Source of the DNA: Trichosphaerium sp. ATCC 40318
Taxonomy: Eukaryota > Protista > Tubulinea
Direction of reading: 5' to 3'
Assembly (NCBI GenBank): GCA_038496445.1
Contig: JALMLS010000440.1
Coordinates: 186,001 to 250,000, forward strand
Length of the DNA: 64,000 nucleotides
Shown: piece by piece, positions 40,060 to 52,399 of the stretch
Position numbering within the stretch: the stretch's first letter is position 1
Layout of the letters: each line of letters opens with the position of its first letter
Notes under the pieces: generated by a model
What the model saw: only the letters and a program-made list of their open reading frames with translations
What the model was told of the DNA's origin: nothing
Databases searched by the model: none
Translations under genes and position numbers: made by a program

Positions 40060-42109
40060 CAGGTCTAAAATTTTCGAGCTGTTTTTATGGTAGATACCAT
40101 GGATTTGTGGTATAATTATACCATCGATTACAATTTTATACCACAAATTCCAGTATAATATACCATAAATCAAAGGATTTATACCATAAAACAGCCAAAT
40201 TATACCATAAATATGCAGTAAAAAGTGCGAATTTATACCATATTTTTTCACCTGAAAAAATGCAATATATGGTATAATTCTACCATAAAACATGGTATAA
40301 AACACAGTATAATACCACAAAGTCTGGTATATTATACCTTAAAACTTGGTAGATTATACCACAAAACCAGGTGTATTATACCGTGTAAAAACTGTTCTAA
40401 TAATAAAACCACATTTATTAATACATTTTTTTGTTTACATCCGTGACTTTTGGTTTTGTCCATATCCTCTTTTGTGGTAGTTGACACATCAAATAACCTT
40501 CAAAAAAAATATTGTACTTGCTGTAAGTGCATCGAATGGACATAGCATGAAAACTAGAAGAAGAATTAGTGAAGGCTTGATGCACAAAATAAATAGTCGT
40601 ACAAAAATTGCTGTTTTGTTGTGGTGGCAGCACTGGGAGTAACAAATGACCTGTGCGGTGGAGCCAAACCAAGGCTAAAACAAAGAAATTAAAATAACTG
40701 CCAACTTCATCGGAAACAAGTTCTAGCAGAATTGTACCTGTTAGCTAACACATCTTGGTTTTTTTTTTATCATCTATCTAGCTTGGTTAAAACCTATGGC
40801 AAGCGGCTTCAAAACAACTACTTTTAGCGTACCTTGTGTTGTGCGGGCGATAAACTGGACAAGACTTAGTTTTGTGCTCTGACTTAGCCAATTGGTTTAC
40901 AATATCACTCGTAAGGTCAACGCATGGGTGTGAAGCCTAAATGCTATCTGTTCTGGCAAATGCGGGCGTTTAGTAGGGAAAAATTCAAAAAAATCCAAAA
41001 AAATCCAAAAAAAACCAAAAAAATCAAAAAATGGGTAGACTCTGAAACAAATTGGCCTTATAGCACTATTCACGCGTTTTAACATGCATTGGAGCATATA
41101 TCAAAAATGTCAAAAAAAAATAAATAATTTTGCTCCTGATTTGGTAAATGAGGCTGTATGGCGTTGATTGAGTGTAAAAATGCCTATGGAGGGGAGAAAA
41201 AAATGAGAGCCGGAGAAAAAAACCTCCAATTGGAGGTTTTTTGCGAATGGGCATTTTTCGAGCGCTAAACGCGTTTTTGGTGTGTCTACCACTGTAGCGT
41301 TCTAACATGGGTACGCGGAGTGGTTTCTTCCTCAAATACCATTAATCGGAGAAAGTTGGCCAATTTATCCCTAAAACGCCCGTAATTGGGGCGCGTTACC
41401 AGATTTCTCTCTTAAAACTGTTTTTCACACATTTATATGCCAATTATGTTCAACAACGGCTACTGTCAAAGCATTGTGTGGTATGGCATTTGTGTAGGTC
41501 CATATGCTATTAAATCAAGTGCAGACCAAGTGAGCTTTGACTAACTTATACTTATACAGTATAATACCACGGTATAATACCACATTTTATGGTATAATTA
41601 TATGGTATAATGCACGGTATACAATACTGTAAAATACAGTATAATACCATGGTATAATACTGTGTTTTATGGTATAATTATATGGTATAATGCATGTATA
41701 ATATACTTTAAAATGCAGTATAATACCATGGTATAGTACCATGTTTTATGGTATAATTATATGGTATAATGCATGGTATAATATACTGTAAAATGTGGTA
41801 TAATACCATGGTATAATACTGTGTTTTATGGTATAATTATATGGTATAATGCATGGTATAATATACTTTAAAATGCAGTATAATACCATGGTATAGTACC
41901 ATGTTTTATGGTATAATTATATTCTATAAATTGAGATATGGTATAAACATGGTATAATGGCTGTTATACCATTTGTCCAAAAAACATGGTATTATACCAT
42001 ATTTTATGGTATAATTATATGGTATAATTATGGATTATACTGAGCTTGTACCATAAAAGGTGATTATACCATAAAATATGGTATTATACCATGATAATTT
42101 TCAGACCTG
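40060..42109. mobile_element. Nested 2.05-kb non-autonomous TIR element with TA TSD and GGTATAAT arrays
   Basis: TA|CAGGTCTAAAATT at the left end and AATTTTCAGACCTG|TA at the right end; dense GGTATAAT/ATTATACC copies at both ends. Confidence 0.85.
41557..41920 (+). repeat. About 80-bp tandem repeat x4.5 built from GGTATAAT motifs
   Basis: Units start at about 41557, 41637, 41716, 41796 and 41876; units 2/4 and 3/5 share diagnostic variants. Confidence 0.9.
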
Positions 42110-44549
42110 TATGTGTTGTTTAAAATGCATACCTACACTGTGAGCATGATGGCTTTCGCTGGCGTATAGTGTAAGGTCTTTTGGAAGTGAGTTTCAACAA
42201 CAGATCTGCAACTTGGTTCATGTACATGGGATAACTTATTGAAGTAGGATTCAGCATTGAATCCAGCAAAAAGATGAAGCAAGAAACAAATCACTAAACT
42301 CATTAGTGTAGCCATACAATAACTACGTACAAGTATGCTGCCAATAAAGCTGTGGTCCAACGTGTGTGTTTTGTGGAATGGATACGTTTGTACTTAAGCA
42401 CACTAAAAACAGTCAATGGCATAAAACACAGTATTACAGACAATCTGTTGAAAATATCACAGCAGTTCTTCAGTTCTGAATATGCGTGTACTGGTTCTGG
42501 CTTGTTTACAGCTTTTTTATCTGATTTGGTTGTTTTTTTGCTTGATACAAAAACAGATGGATTGCCAATGTTTGATATGTACTTTTATGTCTTTGAACAT
42601 ACCAACACAAACAACCATTGTTTATAGTGTCAGCATCATAAATCCAACAATGGGCTCCCACACCGTTGTTGGGAAGCATCTAACAAGCTTAAGGAATTTC
42701 GCCAAATGGTTACTTACTTGTCGCAAATGGTTTATCATATTTGGTGCTTTTTTGGAACTCATCAAGCCAACAAACTTAAATCTGTCATCATCTAAAAGCT
42801 TAGAAATGATTGGTGTAGTGTAGTACGAGTCAGTTGCTATAGTTATACGCTTTGTGTTGTCTTTTTTGAGTATTTGTGATGCTATATAATGTGCCATGTG
42901 AGATGGTGGAATAGTACTTTCTCCAAATCGCATTTCCAATATCCAGGCCAAACGTGCTTACCATTCTATCTTAATATTAATATGCTAAAGTTATCACCAT
43001 GTACCTTAAAACATAATTCAAAAACCCAAAAGCCCTCTTTAACTGGTTTACGTGAACAAAAACAAGTGAACCATATTTCTACACAAAGTCAAAATGCATT
43101 GTAATCAACATCGTACTTGCTCCTGGTAGTACAGTTTCATCCAAACACGACAATATTCCGGGATTAAAGTTTTTTTTAATAGTTGAATTCAGTAAGCTAC
43201 ATCCTTTAGCACTCATAGATTATTTCACATACCGTTGGACCTCTAAAGGCTGGTAGTCAATTTGTTTTGTGAGTTCTTGCCATTGCTCTTTTGTACAACT
43301 TGTTTTTATAGCTATTAATGGTATGTTAATAATACTTTGTTACGCAACATTAAATAAACATGCCTATATTCCCAAATTTTGTATCAGTACTCCAAAAATC
43401 GCTAAGAGTAAACTGTGGAGACAACTTCATTGTTAACAACACACCAAAGTAGTGTTCAATGCCTTTCATATTCCAAGAACCAGCACATGTCCATTTATGA
43501 TGTTTTTTTTTGTTACAAGAAGCAACATACTTCTTCACATCAATATGCGCTTGCAATGACTCCAATGTGGTAATGCCATTTTCTTCAGCCTTTTTAAGCC
43601 TCTTTTTTGTCTTTAACACCGTGTTTTTGTACCAGCTAGTTGAGACCACATCTTTCATTACTTAATATAAAATGACAGAACCTTATAATGTACCTGGATA
43701 GAACTCTACCGTTTTGTTTTGCATGTCGTGTGTATACTTGATTAGAGTGTATTTTTTAAGTGCATTGTACTGTTCTCGAAGATCATTTGGAAGTGTTCTA
43801 TACCCTACAAACTATTAAAGCAATAAAACCACATTTACCACCTTGATTTGAACACCGTTTAACCATTTGAAATAATGGATGTAACCACTGTTTTACTGCA
43901 TCACGTATGGAAGGAGGATAAGAGTGCTCCCAGACAGCGTTATTACTAGACTCTATATCAAGTATATCTTTGGCATTTATGTGCTTGAGTGGCTGTTGGT
44001 TAAGCTGTTTAAGTGTTTCGTTGTTGTGCCCAGTAATCCAATTCTATTCATGTAAGTAGTTACACATAGCTTTTTATCACATACTTTAGAAATAGTGTCC
44101 TGCTGGGCTTTCCATTCTTTAAATGCTCTCTTAAAGCCAGTTATTTCTTTTGCTTCTATTTCCCACATATCGTGTTCACAAGTTTTGTTACTAATTGTCA
44201 TCTTCACCCGTACAATCCACTTTCTATTGCCCTAGAACAACTTAGCTATTATATTGAAAAATGTCATAATACACACAGCCTTTTCAAACCACAAGGCCCT
44301 TCGTCTACCAAGTACAACAACAATAGAAATGCTCTTGTGTTTTGGACCAGGAACAAATATTGTAGCTTTAGCAGTCTCTTTATTTTCAACTGAAAAAGCC
44401 TCATCATGCTCATTGCTATTGTTGTTGGTGGGTACAAACATAGAATCAGAACTGTTGGGCTCATCAAGCAAGTCTATTTGAATAGTACTTCTTTTGGTGG
44501 TGCGAATGTTGTGACTATGTTTGACATCCAAAGTGACTTTATATGGATT

Positions 44550-45510
44550 ATCACATTTGTATATTACACGCTGAACTCTCCACCCATCACCATGCACTTT
44601 TGTATTTGTCCCTACAGTTGTCAACTATTAATTTGTCAAAAAAAACAAACATGGGTTTGATTTAACACCAATAGTTGGGTTTTTCATGTTATCCACAAAC
44701 CACCAACCGCTGTTGGTGCTGACGTAACATGTAAAATGTTTTGGATTTGGCTGCCACATAATTATGTACTGTGCTTTCCACTCACTATGTAAAGTTAAAT
44801 GAAACCATAATTATGTTAGTACTGTTTGTTATGCATAAACAACTCTGGAATGATATTGAAATCATTCTTTGGCAGTACTGTAAGTAACAACGGCAAAGTA
44901 ATAGCCTATAATTGTGTAAGCACTGTAATGTTGAGATATTGTATGCCTTGATTTCTTTGGAACCACCATAGCGCATGTTTTGCAGTTTGAAGCTCTGCCA
45001 ATTTTCTTGTTTACCCATTCTTCAAAATTGTGTTGGACGCTTCTAGGTGCAAAAACAAACACAGGTTTTGTTTGGTATTCTATGCAATGTTATAGCTATA
45101 AATATGGGCACAATACCTTCACAGTTGCATTGTACATCATACTCATAGGTCGCATGAAAAGCAAGACATTGTTGTTGCACAAACTCATGAACAGCATCGA
45201 CATTGAATAGTGTTGAATATATGCCAGAACGTTGTTTGATATATGCCGCTTCAATCTTCTTTTTCTCCTTCGGAAAACGTTCGTAGAGATCAGCCAAAAA
45301 CTGTTTAATGAATAATTCTTTATTTTCTGTGCTTGGATCTCTCAAAAGCACTAAAAGAGTAGGAAACACCTAGCACGTGTAAATCCACTTGCAGCTTCAA
45401 AAAATGTACGTTATCACCAACAGACTGTAAACCTGTGTATACAGCATCCCAAGCACAGCTATGATTACGCCAGCTAACGAGAGGCCATTCATTAGGATCT
45501 ATCAACAATT
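44550..45510 (-). pseudogene. Transposon-borne USP-fold cysteine protease (deubiquitinase/deSUMOylase-like)
   Basis: Cys box WRNHSCAWDAV (~45450-45475); Zn-finger pairs VQCNC and CKTC; ITLPLLLTV; His box WKAQYIIMWQPNPKHFTCYVSTNSGWWFVDNM (~44690-44785); terminal strand WRVQRVIY. At least one frameshift near 44970. Confidence 0.7.
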
Positions 45511-48500
45511 TACATTAGACGAGCTAATTGGGAAGCTTAAAGTAGATTGGCATCTTATTTAACTCGTAAACATGAGTGTGGTACTATTCCGAAGGAGTAT
45601 AAACCCATTGAAGACATCTTTCATTATTTAGCGTTTTTCGGTTCCGTACCTTCGTTCAACTGCACTTTAGAGGCCATAAAAACCCTACCTCTACAAGAAG
45701 TTCATGTTTGAAGCACTTAGACCTTGTAAAATATGAAACACGTGTGAACCACAAACCGTTTTTTTTATTCTCAACATTATGAGCTGTACTTGCAGGTAGC
45801 GGTTCTACAGTGTGTTTAAAGTTGTTTAACACTATTCAGAGTATCGGAAATCCTCTTTTAGCTATTCAGCGCATAGAGATATTCATTCATGAATATTCAT
45901 GGGCATTTGGCGAGTCACGAAGTTGAGGAGCTTTTGGTTTGTAGCACCTAGCGATGTTCCAAATGGATAGATTCAACAAGTTGCGTTTGAAAACCGAATC
46001 GGAATAGTCAACAGAACACCAAAACCCACAAATCCAGTCAAAAGCAGCCATCAAATTGCACAATTTTCGACCGTTTACTGTGTGCATGAATAATGAATGA
46101 ATTTTTTTAGTCGTGAATATTTGTGAATGTAGGCTGTATTTGAATATTCAAATTATTCATTCATAACGGAAGGGCGTTACAGCTGCCTTTTTGAGTTGTT
46201 GTGCAGTACTATCCAAAAGCACGTGTACAGAAAAAATGAAGACATCTCCTTCAACAGTCTCTTCTCTTGTAGCAATAGCGAGTAAGTCAATAGCTATTCC
46301 ATGCCACCACACTGCAGGTCTGTTTTATTCATAGAAAAGCGTTAACTAAGTCCGTAATATCATTCATAAGAGTACAACAGCGTTGTTTTGACGTACACTG
46401 GTCTAGATACGTAGACTGTATGGCCTCTTCCATGTGTTTTAGCGTTAGTAACACTGACAGTCGTTGTTGGACCGCCTAGAGCGTACCAACCATTTAATAA
46501 TTGGTTGTTCTCGAAGTCTTTAGAGTACCAGTGAGGCGTTTACAATGGTATTACAGCGAGTACCTCCATTGTGCAATAGATTCGAGATACAACTGTCAGT
46601 AACGCATGTATTGTCTCCGTTCGCGCGTGAATAATCGCTATCGTGTGTGATAAAGACAACAGCAATTGCTACAGCGATTATTGTTATAACAATTGCTACT
46701 GCAGCAAATTACGCCTGGCTTCTTCATTACGGAAGTACTGCGTTGATAAGTTTGTAATTTAGCTAAATTGGAATTACTCACCTCGTACCATACTCCCCGT
46801 AGCCTTGGTACTTTAATGGTACCTGGTAATGTTCATAAAGTGGCCGTTACCTTTATCAGGAAGAACGATTCCGTTTTAATATTAAAACAGCATTCAAAGA
46901 AAAAGACGGTTTGACCGTATCAGGACAAGGGTGCGAGTATCTTTCCAATCCAGAGAGTTGCAACAACTTCAAATTAAGGGAGAAAAATAGTTGGTGGTAG
47001 TGAGTGACATTTATCTAGGCCATAGTGATTTAATCACGTGAGAACTTTTTATTTTTCTGCTCGTACCTACAAAGCCTTATTCTTGGATAAGAAAGTATTG
47101 TGGATTACTTCACCCACACGATTCCGTTTGTTTATTTTGCTATCTAGCGCCGCCAATCGCGTATGGTATCATTTTACGTTCCTTGTGGTCTTTTTGGATA
47201 CAATTCTGCAGCTTGGTGCCAAAAACGTTTTGTTGCTAAGTCCAATATTCCAAAAATATACTTCCCGCGTGTTGGAGAACAATATTATACGTAGCAATGT
47301 TTTAAAGTATGGTGTTCAATGAGTGTTAGCGTTCACCATAGCTTATGATACGTACCTCGGACTTATAATCGTAAAGCAGCCAAGAACAGCCAAGTTGGTT
47401 ATTTTTTGTTAACGGCGCAAAAAGTATACGACGTAGGAGTACGTTTTAACGCTGCTTTTAGCTATTTTATCAAATTATTGAGCGGGTAGTCGCGCGAAGA
47501 TTTTTCGATCAAAATTTTCTATCACGTGTAGCGTCTGCAATTAAATACTTCAAAAAAAAAAAAAGTGTTGTCAATTTTTTTTGAAAACAGCGTAACGTCG
47601 AATGATGTACAATTTCCGTACGACCATATACGTATCATAACTGCAAGGGAGTTTTCAAAACACGGCAAAACTATACCCGCTTATAAAGCTCAAACTGGTC
47701 AATGTACGAATACTTTTTAGCGAAGCAAGAAACATATTAGGAACTTTCTTTTCGTGCAGTTTGTGAGGATATTCACAGTTTTTTCATAACGTTCTTCTAT
47801 CCAATCTCTGCAATTACATTCTGTCGTAAGAAAGAGCAACATTAAAAAAAAAAGTGAACGGATAGAATGAACTTTCTTACGTCTTTTACTTTTCTTGTGT
47901 TTTGGTCTTTCATGTATATTCTCAAGAACAGCAAACAGTAGAGACGAGGACGGTTAGGGTTTTGCTAATTTTTATTCATATGTGACACGTTTTGTGAAGT
48001 AGTGGACTTATTTTTTGTTGACTTGGTACAGGTTGTCTTGAATCCGGTTAGAGTCTTAGTGATTGGTTGTTTTAAATTAACGCGAGCGAATCATAAGTTC
48101 ACAAATACTATGCGCTTTAAACGACGCCAGGGGCGTTCCCTTTTGTAACGTTTTGATGTAAAGTACACTCATTACATCCTAACGCTAGCTACTGTCGTTA
48201 TTTTGTACTGTGTGAGTGACACGGCCAATCTTTTTTGCCGTACCCAGTTCACATGGTTTTTTTTGATGTTTCGTTCTCCAATAGTCTACTAGATCGTTTA
48301 TCTAGCCGTTTACTACAACCTTCGGTTGGGCAAATCTACTCTTTCTCCATAGTGTTTTGAATCGGGTAAGTCCGTCCCCAACACAAAGTAGTCCAGAAAA
48401 CACAATAATACTGCTCGTTTTTTTATAGAAACTAGCGCCACTAAAGATTTGGGTTGCCTCGAATCACTCCTCGCTAGTTTGAAAAGTCACCAGTTTTAAC

Positions 48501-48667
48501 AGTTTTTATAGAACACAAACAGAACCAGCAACACAAGTCCATGTACGTTATTATTATTACCTTTAACAACATACCAACAAATCTTTTTTGTTTACACAAA
48601 GTAATAATTACGTCATAAAAACTCCATCCACCGCAAGTTCTTTTTAGCATTCTTACCTTTTTTTAGA

Positions 48668-51600
48668 ATGCGGGTTTCGTTTTGCTTGGCCTCGCTTTAT
48701 TTGGTTGCTCTTATTGCGACCGTATACGGCGCTTCAAGACCTACAGAGTCTGTACCGAACTGCGATGCTGCTTCTCCTGAATGGGGATGTCCTCCTGATG
48801 ATTACAGAGTGTTCCGAAATGGTAGAATTGATAGACTTACCTGTAACACAAGACCAGAACCTCGTATGTCATGGGCAACAAAGGTTGTTCGCAGCAATGC
48901 ATACAGCACTTGGGCTGGTGCAGAAGACGCTAAAGAGACCGAATACGTCCCAGAAAAAGTGATGGATATTAGCATTCGCGTCAACAACTATGCCTTCAAA
49001 TACCGCGGTATTCTTATCTATGCTCAAGATGCCGATGGTAACAGAGTTGGCGAATGGCTTCTACCAGATGAACAGAACCGTACGTTAAAAAAAAACAACT
49101 TCGAAAAGTCGGCGTTTTATTTTTTCCGGTTGATACGCAAAATCACGTGATAAAACGTGTTGTTTAAAAAAATCACGTGATTTTCGTTCGTTTTAACTTT
49201 TTGACTACTTTTCTGACTTGCCTTCCTCAGTTGGTTCTTTTGCTTTTTTTTGTCGTTCACGTGCTTACTTCTTTTTGTAGCATTCTTTCAATTGCCTTGG
49301 CCTAATACACACGAGTGTCGCCAGAGTATTACACACCAGAGTGCTGAACTCAAGCCTCTCAAGTCAACATGGAAATGGAAGGCTCCTCCAAAGGGAACAG
49401 GTCCAGTAACGTTTCACTGCTTGATTAAGCAAGGTGACGCTAATACCGGCGCCTTTTATTGGCCAAACAACGCCGGAACCGGTCCACTTCAACTCACAGA
49501 ATCAAGTGCACGTAAACCACGTCAAACATGGTTTCAATCCAACGTAAGCGTTTTTCCTTGTACAATTTTTTCTATTGTTCCCTGGTCTAATGTTTCTTCT
49601 TAGAGAGGTCAATCTTGTACTGATAGATGTGCCGAAGAGAATCTCCTATGTGATGTTGTCCATATGGAGCGTGTAAACAGCCCAACAAGAATTGAACAGC
49701 TCATTATTCCACAAAGTTTCCCTTGCAAACTTCCTTATGTCAGTGGTTGTAGCAACAAAGGAGCTACAATGGGTACTGATGGTCTTTGCTACTTTGACGA
49801 CACAAGATGTGCAGACCAAGGGCGTAATACAGGACGAGTTACTTGTGACTCCAGAAGTGGTGATACAAGAATCGGGTATGCTAAAGTCAAAGTCTTTTTG
49901 GTTTTTTTTCTTACTTCCGTTTTCTTTGAACTTACTTTTTATTTAGCCTTCGTATGTGCAAATGTCTTGCAAGTACTCTTCCTCCTGCCAATCCAGGTAA
50001 TACTGTTATTGCCGCAAGAGGTGCAACTTCACCTGCCACAAAATCGACAACATCTTTCTTGTTCATGGCTCTCGCTGTCCTCGGTTTGACAATGCGTTCT
50101 TCTGGAAAGATGACAACTTCAGTCGTCTTGGCTCTCTTCCTCATCGCTTTGGTTTCCTTCCCTTCAGTTAACGCTCACAACTGGGCTACAAGTTTTGCTA
50201 GAAGCACAAACATTGCTAGTACCACAACACCTTGCCCACCAAGAAGACACGCTTCCCCTCATGTTCAACTTGGCGCCGGTCAACAATTTGAAATCGAATG
50301 GGCTGTCGGTCATACTCAGCCTTCGTACTACGTCATAGTGAAGGCAGAAGATGAAGCAAGGCTCAAAGAGGTTTCATTCGCTGCTATGAACGCTTACATG
50401 GACAATGCACCTGCCGGCGCATGCCAGAACTTGCCTGTATACCACAGACAGTTCAGAGCTCGAACTGGCTATGACGCTTTCTTACAATACTACAGTGGAC
50501 CTATCGCTGCGACTTCTCCAAACTTCATTCCAAGGCCAGAAGCTTTCGGTGGTTGGGCAGATGATGCTACTTTGTTCGGATACAAGGACGAACTTGAAGT
50601 AAGAAACTACTGCGAGTATGCAAGCAATGAATTAGATTTCGTTCTTGGTATCTTCAAGTTCGAGCACTACGCACACAGGCCTCAAGACGCTGATATGGTA
50701 AGGCTCACAATGCCAGCTGGTGCTGCTTTTGGTGATTACGTTGTACAATGGCTATGGAGAGGATACAGAGATTGTGTTGATGTTAATTATGTCAACAAGC
50801 AGGTAGAACATATCTACGGTCTTGCAGATCCTGTTGGTGGATTCACGTACGTTTTTCTCATTTCTACCTTTGCTCCTTTTTCTTTTTCATAATAAAGGCG
50901 TTTTTCTTACTTCTCTCTTAGCCGTATTGATCACTGCTACTTACCAGCTCGCCGTGATGTTTATGGTACGTAAAAAATCTTGAAACTTGAAAATCACGTG
51001 TTAGCATTTTGCATGAAAACGTGCTCTTTTATTGTTTTGTTTGTTTCTTCTTCTCACTTCTATTATAGATTGTCATAGAATCTATACAGACACAGATGTT
51101 TGCGCCAGGGCTTGTTCAATCAGACGAGGATGCAACGCCTATATTGTAATGCCTAGACAACAACTCGCAAACCAATACAACGCCCAAGCTGATCTTCTTC
51201 CTCAACTTTGCAAAGATAACGTTGTAGATCTCGGAGAAGATCCCTCAAACGTTGATGTTTGCTTTGGAGTACGCGGACGTATTCCATCCGAGACTTTTGG
51301 ATTAGAAGAAGTCGTACATGCTGGAGATCCTGCTTACCACTCAACATGTTACATCAAAGGATCTGGTCGTCTCTTTGCAGACTACATAGTACCTCCTCAA
51401 CATCAAGATATCCCTTGGAGACACGGCGACGAATGTATCTCTTGCGATGCTGTCAATCTAAACAAGAACATAACACGTGTACCTAAATGGCCAATGACAA
51501 ACGACTGCAGGAACTGCGACTTGGAACCTAAAACGGACACACCTCCTTTCAACCCACCTAAACTTATCCTCAGAGAAGCCGACCACTACTGCGATGGACA

Positions 51601-51937
51601 TGGTGTTTACGTAAACCTTGGAGGGGGTAGGAGACATCATGATTGTCCTGGAGACACATGGAGGCAATGTAAGAAAGAAGTGTTGATTAGAGGACGTGCT
51701 GCACCTTGGCACAACCGTCATTTTGCTGGTGATTGCGCTGCAGCTGCATCTAGGGATCCAGAGTGTTCAGATGAAATCTACACTCAGAACCTTGCCTCTG
51801 TGCAATACCAAGGTAAAAATGCTGTAAGATGCTACTGTATGACAAAGATGGCTTGCTGTAACGGATGTCGCCCAAGAGCTCCTGGAGTTAGAGCCTTCCT
51901 TTGGAACGTATACACTCTAGACCGTGGAACATCTTAA
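48668..51937 (+). CDS. 919-aa precursor: signal peptide, Reeler, Cys-rich module, hydrophobic hairpin with internal signal peptide, His-brace LPMO-like domain, PAN-like/Cys-rich tail
   Basis: Exons 48668-49079, 49281-49543, 49604-49875, 49947-50846, 50922-50965, 51069-51937 sum to 2760 nt and splice in frame with GT-AG. Reeler motifs YRGILIYA..VGEW, ITH, WKAP..GTGPVTF. LPMO-like VNA|HNW, EWAVGH, YVVQWLWRGYRDCVDV. Confidence 0.85.
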
Positions 51938-52399
51938 ATCTATCCCAAGTCTGCACACACCGCATATTAAACAGTAACAATAAAGTAGTTAGAATTTCTT
52001 CACAACAAAGTTATTGTTTTTTTCAATTGTCACAGATTCAAATATGGTTTTTCCTTAGAGAGGCATCAAGTTAGTTTGTACTAGCACGTAACAACCAAAT
52101 ATTCATTTGACATTTGACATAACCAAGTCAATACATATGAATTGAACTGAAAGAGTTTACTTGAGAACAAACGAACACCATAGTCATTGTTTAGTAGAGG
52201 AAAAACCAGTACAATACCCATACATTCTCTTCCATGTGCTAGCGAGAGAGCTCTATCGGTGCAACTCTTATGTAAGCCCTTGGCAGGTACCAAAGTATCT
52301 ATCTGTCTTTGAACGAGCCGTTTGCTGCAACGCTGACTAGTAGAAGTAAAGTATTTTCAAATTACAAACTTGATCGTCAGCGACATGTGAATTTTTTAT

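Larger units (their letters stand above)
39770..43860 (-). pseudogene. piggyBac-type (DDE_Tnp_1_7-like) transposase, intron-containing and probably degenerate; ends approximate
   Basis: IEHYFGVLLTM...LSDFWSTD; D1 CLDET (~43140); RKP.KEGF; D2 IATDSYYTT (~42830); FVGLM; D3 AYSELKNCCDIFNR (~42455); HTRWTTALL; NAESYF. Order matches the piggyBac catalytic core. Confidence 0.78.
39076..46179 (-). mobile_element. 7.1-kb TIR DNA transposon with 8-bp TSD
   Basis: Perfect 21-bp TIRs TAACGCCCTTCCGTTATGAAT (39076-39096 and 46159-46179); direct repeat CAGCTGCC at 39068-39075 and 46180-46187; subterminal GAATATTC/TATTCAT motifs at both ends. Confidence 0.93.
37614..46830 (-). pseudogene. G8-domain / TMEM2-like gene interrupted by the 7.1-kb transposon; degenerate, boundaries approximate
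   Basis: CPHNEAGLNLWQEESTWPGSVVP...ITLPANTKV and AGQEMVFVTS...ENELRKI...PLKFYHYG..EYQAE (G8-associated). The 5' part with a TM segment lies at 46190-46830, and removing the element restores QQLKKAAV followed by a gtaagt donor. Internal stops present. Confidence 0.6.

Noticed and set aside
40090-42090. GGTATAAT arrays as a CRISPR array or bacterial -10 boxes
   Set aside because: No unique spacers, no cas genes, eukaryotic context; explained as subterminal repeats of the nested element.
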